From: Octopus vulgaris | Taxonomy: Eukaryota | Assembly: GCA_951406725.2 (NCBI GenBank) | Contig: OX597822.1 | Span: forward strand, 72,726,001-72,790,000 | Direction of reading: 5' to 3' | DNA: 64,000 nucleotides | Shown: positions 53,207-64,000 of the stretch, one piece after another | How the letters are laid out: every line of letters starts with the position of its first letter | Position numbering within the stretch: the stretch's first letter is position 1 | Program-made: the position numbers and the translations under genes | Notes under the pieces: generated by a model | Told to the model about the DNA's origin: nothing | Databases searched by the model: none | Seen by the model: the letters and a program-made list of their open reading frames with translations, nothing else

Positions 53207-56190
53207 ACAAATCTCAAATATACCACAGATAACAAAAGAATTTATTTTGTTCGAAACATCTTAGAAATACATAAAAGATTTTACGGATCGATTTCTTGAA
53301 ACCCTTCATGTTTCAATCTGATGACAGACGAAAAGTAGTCAACAATGGAACAACAACAACAGCAACTACAAGAACATTACAACGACGGTAGCAGCATGGA
53401 CATATATCAGAATAATCAGAACCCACTAAATCTTAACGTTCACATTAAATATTAAGCGACTACTTATGATGATTCGTTTATAGACTAAGTTTGACAAGTT
53501 TTATTTAATAAAGTACTACGATTTCATAATTCATATCTGTAAATTGAATTGCACAAAAAAAAAAGAAATAAATAAGTGTACCATTGTGAATGAGAAATAT
53601 ACTTGTCATTAAAATATTTTAAAAAAAATTTCAGTCTATATTTAAATGAAAATCGTGATAGTACTTATTAAATATTGCATATAGGACGAACAGTTTAATC
53701 ATTCAATGTATTTCTATAAAAATATATTTTCTGAATAATTTTGGATTATTTTTTTTAATCATTGTTTTAAATCGCAAGTCTAGCATTTGATTCATTCCAG
53801 AAATGCCGTCTAACCTTTCTTGTTATAAATAAATGTAACTAAAATATGATCTTCGTATCTAAGCGACAATTATCTAAGCAACATTTCAATAAGATGTTCA
53901 AAAATATTCCTAATATGAAATAATATAGTGAGCTCTATAACCTTGGGAAACAAAATGATGACGTATTACGTTTATGAATGCTAAACTTTAAAATAAGCAT
54001 AGTTTGCCAAAAATGATGAATAAGTCAAAATGTGAATAGTCCAAGATATAAACTATATTTAATTCTTATACAAAATTGAAGAAATGATATTACATTTAAA
54101 ATAAAGATGGCGACCATTTGCAAGACAAGTATACTTGAATATCTACTACTTCACGGCAGACATTTTGTTTTGATTAAGAAACCGCCGGCATTCATGCCGA
54201 ATGATCACAATGAATATCAATGGTTCCTCTTTCACCTATACACGGAGGACGGCGGAATTTGAAAGCTATGCAAGTAAGTCTGGTGCAAGCGCAGTTGGAT
54301 TTATTAGTGACGCAAACTAATGGAAGGTGGCAGAATATCAATGGGAATAAGAACCTTCACTAGATTAATATAGAATTTCTTTACTTCCTCCATAATTATA
54401 ATGGTCAATATTATGAAAACTCTCTTAAAAATTTTATTAATATTTTTTGTTGCTTTTTAGTACTCACGGATTTATAAATTCCTTTCATCGTATTTAGAAT
54501 TTACTAATATTTACAACAGAAATGATGACACTACCAAAATCTGATATGGTAACATCTCGTTTTCATTCTACAATCACGCAAAATGTTGTCTGATCATTAT
54601 TGTTGGTCTCTAATTAGTTATGGCGATTTATATATTTATGAATTTAAACATTCAACGCCAGATATTTTACATGTTTGCTACAAAACATATTTGATGCATA
54701 TTGATTTCACATTGATCACAGAGAATCTATAGGCAAAAGAAATCTACTACAAATCGCAAGTAAAAAATGGTGTCAGTGTAAAGGAATGGCTGAGATGCGA
54801 TTAGAAATTGAAACCAGTTTATGACATTAAGGAGAGATTGATTTTATGAGAGTTGAAATATCAAACAATATCATAACATTCACTATCATGACTATCAGCT
54901 CTATGAAACATTTCCTTGTTTTAGAAACAAAATCAACTGTATCCCCTTATGGGCTTAGTTCAGTGTGCAGCATTAACTGGGATCTTAACAGAGAAAGCTA
55001 GAAAAGCTAAATATACAGGGAGAGAAGGAGCATTACAAACGGTGCTAACGCTAACCATTAATAATAATATATCTTTCTTTAAAATATTGTATCTATATAT
55101 TAATTTTCCCAATGTATATGAAAAGTTTTTGAATTCTTTGTAATTTCATCTCTAATTCATAATGAAATGTGTTGGTAGCTTCAGTTGACTGCTCTCCTTA
55201 ATGTTTAAACCATTCATTCTAATTAATGTCTCAGCAACGTTAAAGTGTAACATTTTTAAATGCTTTGTATCATGTATGGTTGGTGATTACAGGATTGGTG
55301 ATTACAGGTAAAGTGTTATATCTAACACTTTACCTATATTCGACATTTTTATCATTTCACAGTCTATATGAAGACATTCAAACACATGCTACTGCATATG
55401 AACATCTGCATCTATCTGACTCGATATATAAATTCATAAACGCACACACATATACCCACACACAAACTCAAGCACACAGTTCTACAAATATACATATTCA
55501 TATACATTTACATATGTATATGCACATCATGTATGTCTACATACATACATATATATTTGTTCTGTATTATTGTGTTTGACGTTGATATTCATATGTAGTT
55601 GGTTAATAAATTATGTGAATGGGTATTATCTGGTATTGATTAAGGTGTATTCCTCCATTTTCTTATTTTATATATATATATATACATATATTTATGTATA
55701 TGTATATATGTATATCTAGATGTATAGGTTTACATATAGGTATGTGTATGTGTGTATGTATATATATATATATATACGTGCGTGTGCGTATGTGTATGTA
55801 TATGTATGAATGTGTGTGTGTATACAGTATTTAACTTTCAGCTATTAATCTATACAAGCTACGGAAATACAATAATTCGGTAAGGGTTTTTTGTTTTAAT
55901 CCCCCTTTGACTTCTTGTTCCAATTTTTGCATCAACATTCTTCTCATTTTTTGTCTCGTACCAGTATCTTGGTTTGTCATCGACAAGCGTCTTGGTTTTC
56001 AAATAGGACTAACCCTGTGTATGGAGCCAGAAGATTTGCTTTCAGTCACAAGGCATGTTGTCTAAATCTACCAAGTTATTCTGTTTCTACGTCAGGAAAC
56101 TATTAGCAGCTCATTTAAAATACTCTGTATATAAATATATATTCTTCACCGTATGGAGTTGAACCTAACTATAACAGAAAACATATGCAG

Positions 56191-56239
<49 letters not shown>

Positions 56240-56282
56240 GTGTGTATATATATATAAGTTATATATATATGTATATATATAT

Positions 56283-57148
56283 AAGTTCAGTAAAAATTTA
56301 GATTCAGTTGAATATGGTACTTAAGTTAAAGACACCAGAATTTGGTATGGTATTATCCATATAATTCAAAATGGGGTGATTATAATCAAAATAAGCAACA
56401 AGGATATCCAAAGGTAATGCAGTACGGTCGTTTCACACGACTCTATTTAATTAAGCAATGCAAGTATTACATCAGTTTTAAAATGTAGAGTAATCTTCAG
56501 CTGCATATAAATATAAATTTAGTTAAATTGAAAAGATTCATTTTTATAGTTATTCCATTTACCAATATCATAAAAAGGGCAAGTAGGTAGACAGAGAAAC
56601 AAGTTTCATCAACAAAAATATGGTGTTAATTAATATTTTTTCATGGAGATACTGCTTATCATTGATTTTACTTTCCTATTTAGATTTACTACTGGGTGGG
56701 GGTTAAGACTATTCTATCAGGTCTAGTGGAGAGAAAAAAAAACAAGAACCTATCTTTTATAGATAGAGAAAGAGACAGTTTAAGTAACAGAGCCCTTTGA
56801 AGTAGAACCCATTTGGTTCAGTGGAATATATTTCAGCTAAAATTAGTAGGCCAAAGCTGATGGGGTAGGGAGAATAGAAACTTCTAATGCTTAACTATTT
56901 AACAGCCATAATCCTAATTGTGTTTTGAAATAAATAGGTATCTTTTAGATAGTTTTTTTTCAAATAATTCGAATAATTTTAGTATACAATATAGGGATGG
57001 AGAATATAGAAATAATTTCATATTTATATAAATATAAATCAAATTAATATAAATTTATAGTTAATTAGTAAATAGTAATTTATTGGTATTAATGAGTTAA
57101 ATTATGCTAAACATTTCATATATTTTCTACATGTTAATGACTTTAGAA
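56283..57148 (-). mobile_element. Non-coding HHR-bearing element between (TA)n tracts (Penelope pLTR/retrozyme-like)
   Basis: Bounded by (TA)n; 56285-56421 recurs at 63143-63278; contains an HHR at 56417-56506. Confidence 0.7.
56417..56506 (-). ncRNA. Type I hammerhead ribozyme with long stem II insert
   Basis: Minus strand: atgcag-CTGAAGA-ttactcta...tagagtcgtgt-GAAAC-gacc-GTA-ctgcat; perfect 6-bp stem I and full core; actcta/tagagt pair but the base of stem II is mismatched. Confidence 0.72.
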
Positions 57149-57205
57149 TTATATATATATATGTATATGTGTGTGTGTGTGTCTGCTTGTATATATGTAT
57201 GTATG

Positions 57206-57302
<97 letters not shown>

Positions 57303-57716
57303 TAAAAGTAGGATAAAATCTTTGTAAGAATTTATTAAGTAGTCAGTGTGAAAAACCTCATGAGGGAAAATTATTAATTATTCCCTTTAACATATATATA
57401 TACACACACACACACACACATACAAATATATATACGTACATACCTACATACATAGACGATTTTACTCTTTAGATGTTCTGTACCTTTAAATGCACTATAT
57501 CTGAAGATTTTTGTTCCACTTCTCCCACTCTCTCTCTCCCACTTTCTTTCTCTCCCCGCTTTCTCTCTCTCGCACGCGCGTGCACTCTCCCTCTCGCTCT
57601 CTACCTCTGTGTACCCACATATAGTCAGAATAAGAGAGACGGAAAGAGAGATAGAGAGCATAAGAAAATTAGACATACAGATAAACAGACAGTCAGACAA
57701 CTAGCTAGCTAGCTTC

Positions 57717-57900
<184 letters not shown>

Positions 57901-58101
57901 CAACATCACAATCAAGGAACGGCCATAATAGGCCATTCACCCACTAGAAATAACGGCCAAAGCTTCAACCGCAAAATAACATTAATTCCGCAAACCAGGA
58001 GAAAATTAAAAAACATTTACCCTGTAATTTCTTATACGATGCACCGTTTCATCTACTGTTTAATGGTAAACTAACCTGAAAATATCTGTTCCGTTCTGGC
58101 T

Positions 58102-58208
58102 ATTTCTTACTGACGAATCTAAGGGCCTATGGAAGATTGGCTTGATTTAATTTAATCAGGTTAGTTTACCATTAAACAGTAGATGAAACGGTGCATCGTA
58201 TAAGAAAT
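58102..58208 (+). ncRNA. Intact type I hammerhead ribozyme, copy 1 (predicted cleavage after 58200)
   Basis: atttctta-CTGACGA-atcta[58 nt]tagat-GAAAC-ggtgcatc-GTA-taagaaat: 8-bp stem I, 5-bp stem II base, near-palindromic stem III, GUA triplet. Confidence 0.9.
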
Positions 58209-58589
58209 TACAGGGTAAATGTTTTTTAATTTTCTCCTGGTTTGCGGAATTAATGTTATTTTGCGGTTGAAGCTTTGGCTGTTATTTCTAGTGGGTGAAT
58301 GGCCTATTATGGCCGTTCCTTGATTGTGATGTTGAACTTATAAATGGTATATGACTATTTAATTTTTTCCCACTAGGCCGCTGGTGGCAAAAAAATTCTA
58401 CAAAATTTTTTTGCCACCCTATATTGATTAATTATGAATTTTCTGGTTGATTCCGTAATGGAATCGGCGGCTTATATTTATTTGCTGCCGATAAATTTGG
58501 CGCGAGTGCGATGATTTGAAAATTTTAGGTCAGATATTGCCGAGGCAGGGACAGAAATGCCTCGTGAAAATATCTGTTCCGTTCTGGCT

Positions 58590-58696
58590 ATTTCTTACTG
58601 ACGAATCTAAGGGCCTATGGAAGATTGGCTTGATTTAATTTAATCAGGTTAGTTTACCATTAAACAGTAGATGAAACGGTGCATCGTATAAGAAAT
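58590..58696 (+). ncRNA. Intact type I hammerhead ribozyme, copy 2 (predicted cleavage after 58688)
   Basis: Identical to copy 1, 488 nt downstream. Confidence 0.9.
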
Positions 58697-58917
58697 TACA
58701 GGGTAAATGTTTTTTAATTTTCTCCTGGTTTGCGGAATTTAATGTTATTTTGCGGTTGAAGCTTTGGCTGTTATTTCTAGTGGGTGAATGGCCTATTATG
58801 GCCGTTCCTTGATTGTGATGTTGAACTTATAAATGGTATATGACTATTTAATTTTTTCCCACTAGGCCGCTGGTGGCAAAAAAATTCTACAAAATTTTTT
58901 TTGCCACCCTATATTGA

Positions 58918-58992
<75 letters not shown>

Positions 58993-59908
58993 AGCAAGCT
59001 AGCTAGATAGATAGATAGATAGACGTGCAATGTACTTTGAGTAACCATACATCGAATTGCGGATGATTGGCTCAATGCCCTCATGCTATTTTTGGCTAAG
59101 TGCCGTGGGCATTAATGTCACTATCAGTTTAGCAGAAGGTTGTATGAAATGCATGTGTCTGTCAAAGTTGTTATGTTCAAAATATCATAATTCATCATTA
59201 TATTTTCTCTCCTATCATATCAATTCATATCAATTTTAATTTATTCTTAATCCTATATCTCTGGAAATATATGGTGGTTTAAGAATACCATCTACTTAAG
59301 CAATTTCTAGTTAATCACTAGTTTAATAATTACTATTGATAATTACTTATTAATCACTAGTTTAATAATAACTAGTAATCACTAATTTAATAATTACGAG
59401 GGAAAGTCAAAAATTATGCTTTGTTTTGTAATTTATTAAAAGAAAAGGGTATCGTTGCCAAATGACCTGAAGGAAAAAGACGTGTTTTCCATTTGAAATA
59501 CCATTCAAAACAGGAGGTAATGTGTCTCCAAAAGGGGAAACTATCCGAATGTAAAGATGAGGGAATAGAGATAACCAGTGCGTGAGGACTGTAAACAGAA
59601 ATAATAAAATTCCGTATAAGAATAAGTCTGTTGGTGATGATTAAAAGTCATGAAGATAAATACATAACAAACATGTGTTTAAGATATGCAGAATGTAGGG
59701 AAAATGGCCTTGTTAGGCTCTACACACATTCCATAGAGATATGTCAATTTGAAAGGAAACACAAAGCCAATTCAAAACAATTCATATACCCAAGGCAAAA
59801 AGAGATGTGACTGACTGTACAAAGAAGGCATGTAATAAGAAATACTGAAACAGTATAACAATAACAATAATAATTATAATAATAACAATAATAATAATAA
59901 ATATAATG

Positions 59909-59962
<54 letters not shown>

Positions 59963-61277
59963 ATTATTATTATTATTATTACTATTATTATTATTAAAAA
60001 GAAATTTTATTGTTGTTATAATAATAATAAATGTACATTATTGTATGTATTTCTGAAAAAAGCTGATAACGTTATCAATTATTTTCTTCTTGTTATTGTT
60101 TAACCTATCTTTACGCCACAGTTTTTTTTTTAGGGGTTAATTTAGAGTTGTCACCCTTCAATTGTATTCTCTATAAATATTTATAGTGGAAAGATAATGC
60201 TTATTTACTTCAGTTTTCTCGCCCGCTAACTGTCCCACATAACAATGAGATCGATCGTTTGTGTTTCTATGTAGAGTATTCAATTGTTTCAGATGAAGTG
60301 TGTTCTATATGTTTTAGGAAAAAATGCATGGTTTTTTCGTTGCATAATTAATGATTTAAAACTATTTTGAGTCATTTACTCCTGTGATTGTATAAGATGT
60401 CTTTATTTTCATTTTTGTTTCTTCCTCGGGTATACACAATCTGAAAAACAGTCTTTATTTTCTTCTCTATATCATTATCATTGTTTTCACGCCATTGCTT
60501 CTAGGAAGTGTTGTTTTGTTTTACATAATACACTTGCTTTCAAACTCAGAATTGATATACTGAGAAATACAACCGAGATTAGTGTACTTATAGTTATGAT
60601 TCTTATTGCTATCATTGCCTCCTCACTTTCTCCTTCCTGTTGTTGCAGTTTTAGCTCATGTTATCGTCGTTGTTGTTGTCCTTCTTCTCCTCCTCTTTCT
60701 TTTTCCTCTTTCCCTCCTCTTGCCATCATTATCATCATCGTCGTCATCATCACCACCATCATCATTATTAATGTCATTATTTTTTTCTTTTCCATTTTCA
60801 TTCTTATTGTTTGTGCCGAACGTATATCGTGTCGACCAATAAATGCATGATAAATTTTGGTGGAAGTATCGTGTTTACTGTTGTGAATTTTTGTTAAAAC
60901 ATTAATTAAACTGTGTGAAAAGAGTTATTGCCAAACTCTGCCCTGAAGAGCGCAATATGTCTATATCTTCTTTATGCCAATGTCATTGTGTTTTTCATTT
61001 TATTTCCGTTGCAATTATGGACTCAGATATGCCTACTTTCAGATTCAGTGACTAGGTAAGACAGAGTATGACTCACACCACAAGTAAATTCATTACAAAA
61101 TATTTGCATGTGAACAACCACAACAAAAACAATAAGGGCAATGGTAAAAGTCACGGTAGCAATAGTAAAGACAATGTTATCAACAACTAGAACAACACAA
61201 GCAATAACAACACCAGCACCAACAACAGGGACCAATAACTGATGAGTCTGTGTATTTCTGATAGTACTCGCTTAAAC

Positions 61278-61449
61278 TTTCGGCACAAGATCAGCAACTT
61301 AGTGGGAGGAGTAAGTTGTGTACATTGACCCCAGGGCCCGATTGGTACCTAATTTATCGACTCCGAAATGATGAAAGACCAAGTTGAATGCGGCGCCATT
61401 TGAACTCAGAACGTTAAGATGGATGAAATGAGGATAAGCAGCTCGCCTT
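61278..61449 (-). mobile_element. Degenerate SINE family C
   Basis: ggcacaagatcagcaa...tggtacctaatttatcgactccgaaatgatgaaag...tttgaactcagaacg...agctcgcc. Confidence 0.78.
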
Positions 61450-62745
61450 CTTTACTTCCTATAGTATTGACATGTATTAAATATACTAGATTCTCCTTCG
61501 TTATTGACGATGACCAAGTATATTACGTATGAGAAGAAAGCGGGTCACTATGTGTTCAGTTGTGGCCGATCAGTCCGATGCGTGTTCGAATACATAAAAA
61601 TCCTGTAACATGCCAGGCTTCGGATTTTCTTTCACTTTTCTTTTATAATTTTGGACGCCCAGAGTAAGAAACAGGCCTTTCAGTTCGAAGATGACTCTTT
61701 GAGAGGACACCAAATTTGAACCAATATCTAAGTTACTTTTTTCTCTAGATCGCAATGAAATCTGTAACTCACATGATTAAATTCATCACACATCCTGGCT
61801 AGTGTCTTTTGTTGTTGTTGTTAAATATTACAATTCATTTATATGAAGGTAGCAATTGGCTATTTCATAACAATTTAATGATATACACTTGATGTCTATG
61901 ATTATATAATAATTACGTTATCAGAAATAATAACTGAAAGACAAACACCGCACTAGTCTACGTTGAAAACATGATAGCACAGTATATTTGAATACAAGGA
62001 ACAAAGGGAATATTTCAATAAGTATAATTTGCCTAATGTGCTGTTAATAGGACAAATTGAATATTTTTCATATAATGGAAAAATAGTGACGTTCATTTAA
62101 CATAATCTAATTATCAATGAATAAAATATCAAACTTGCAAACGATACCATACATGATACCAACTAGAAGAGGGACATTCAACTATGCAAATAAATAAAAA
62201 TATGGTTAAACAGTAAATCTAAAATTCTTTGCCGTTATATATCTATGAAATAAATGGTAAGCAAAATTTTACATTTAAATTCGCTGGAATATTTTAAAAT
62301 CATTAACTGTAAAAATATCGTGGTCTAAAGAGAAATTTACAAAAAAGGCATACGCTATATATATATATCACCCGTCATTCAAGAAATAGCAACCACATCA
62401 CCCTTGTATCATACGATGTCGACGGAAAGCGGAAAAGGAAATGATCGTTTGATCATGTGAATAGTCCTGGATGTCTTCGCCTAAATAAAAAGAGTTTACA
62501 TACATAAGTATGCAGATATATATAGTATACATTTACTGTTAGAGGAAATACTATATAACTTGTTGGTTGTTTATTGATAATGAGTTATTTAGTCACGTTG
62601 TGGTCAAGAAGTATTATTAATTACTTGTTGAAATATCTATATAATTCTATCTATCTATCTATCTATCTATCTAGCTGTCTACAAAATTCTATCTCACACA
62701 CACACACACACACATATATATATACACACACACACATGTATATAT

Positions 62746-62820
<75 letters not shown>

Positions 62821-63043
62821 ATTGACCATTAAGTGATTTTTTTATTGTGTCTATTTCTTCGTAGGCTCGAAACGTAAAAGACTTTCGCACCTTCCCGAGC
62901 ATTAAACTAATACACCAGCTTGTTGTTTAAACAAGCGTCTGTGTCATTTGTTTTTCTGTAAATTTCCACTATATATATATTCCTTTATCCTTTTAATTGT
63001 TTCACTCATTTTACTGCGGCCATGCATATATATATACATACAT

Positions 63044-63107
<64 letters not shown>

Positions 63108-63142
63108 CACATATATACATGCATATAGTTAAGGTGTTATAT

Positions 63143-63315
63143 GTTCAGTAAAATTTAGATTCAGTTGAATATGGTACTTAATTTAAAGGCACCAGAATTT
63201 AGTATGGTATTATCCATATAATTCAAAATGGGTTGATTACAATCAAAATAAGCAACAAGGGTATCCAAAGGTAATGCATTACCGCTGGATATCCTTCTTG
63301 CTTATTTTGATTATA
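63143..63315 (-). mobile_element. Short copy of the 56283-57148 element ending in a fold-back
   Basis: gttcagtaaaatttagattcagttgaatatggtactt...aaggtaatgca matches 56285-56421, followed by a ~36-nt inverted copy. Confidence 0.8.
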
Positions 63316-63410
63316 TTTACATATATATATACAACGGACTTCTTTCAGTTTCCGTCCACCAAATCTGCTCACAAATCTTTGGTCGCCCCGAGGCTATACT
63401 AGAGGGCTTA

Positions 63411-63450
<40 letters not shown>

Positions 63451-63472
63451 TGTATAATTACAGATGTATATG

Positions 63473-63539
<67 letters not shown>

Positions 63540-63919
63540 CTATTTATATATATGTATATATTAATAAAAAATATATGCTCAATAATGTATATATATTTAT
63601 ACACACACAAACACATATATATATGTATACATATGACCCTACTCCTATTTACTCAGCATCATTTCCAGGACGTGAAAGCTGAACGAGAGAATTGTGGCTG
63701 AGTAGACTGCAGCAATGTGTTATATATATATCTCGATCATTGCCGAAACTTGCACTTCCGTCCACGAATTGAACCCATGGTCATTCTGACTGCGAGCGAA
63801 TAATTATAATCCTAATAATAAACACACACGACAGTATTAAATATACATACATACATAGATACATACATACATACATACATACATACATACATACATACAA
63901 ACATACATACATACATACA

Positions 63920-63950
<31 letters not shown>

Positions 63951-64000
63951 GCATACATACAAGACTTGGAAGAGAATATGAACACACACAAACATTGTTC

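Larger units (their letters stand above)
57901..58920 (+). mobile_element. Retrozyme-like / non-autonomous Penelope-like element: 179-bp 5' inversion plus 1.7 tandem copies of a 488-bp unit
   Basis: 57901-58079 is the reverse complement of 58156-58334 (1 mismatch); 58077-58430 is repeated at 58565-58920 (two 1-nt T indels); (AT)n on both sides; one HHR per unit; no RT/endonuclease ORF. Confidence 0.9.

Noticed and set aside
53318-53345. CTGATGA-cagac-GAAA as a hammerhead
   Set aside because: No stem II, stem III or stem I pairing; chance match.
59450-59995. Possible third Dong/R4 remnant ending in (AAT)n/(ATT)n
   Set aside because: Only a faint peptide resemblance (CLQKGKL..GIEI); too degraded to support.
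61570-61755. 61-aa minus-strand ORF with complex sequence
   Set aside because: No recognisable domain and no convincing splice sites.

Overview
AT-rich, microsatellite-saturated eukaryotic (animal) DNA, not prokaryotic. The repeat content (three tRNA-derived SINE families, very dense (TA)n/(CA)n/(AGAT)n) suggests an octopus/cephalopod intron or intergenic region; the taxon is inferred from recalled repeat families and has not been verified. Almost all listed ORFs are translation artefacts of microsatellites or SINEs, and no intact host gene is evident (only weak candidate exons). Recognisable coding remnants are all decayed transposons: two Dong/R4-type RLE LINEs (3913-7200 +, 19545-20465 -), a CR1-group LINE (49535-50972), a Helitron Rep fragment (45657-47340) and a Chapaev3-like DNA transposon 5' part (18840-19544), plus mariner/pogo-type MITEs. 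The most striking signal is a set of type I hammerhead ribozyme (HHR) motifs in short non-coding elements that sit inside (TA)n tracts. The best case is a very young element at 57901-58920. It has two intact HHRs exactly 488 nt apart, an unusually long G-U-rich stem II, a hairpin-rich monomer and a 179-bp 5' inversion, i.e. a retrozyme / non-autonomous Penelope-like element predicted to release a 488-nt (circularisable) RNA. At least three other unrelated HHR families occur in the window. Coordinates were counted by eye; edges of decayed repeats are approximate.
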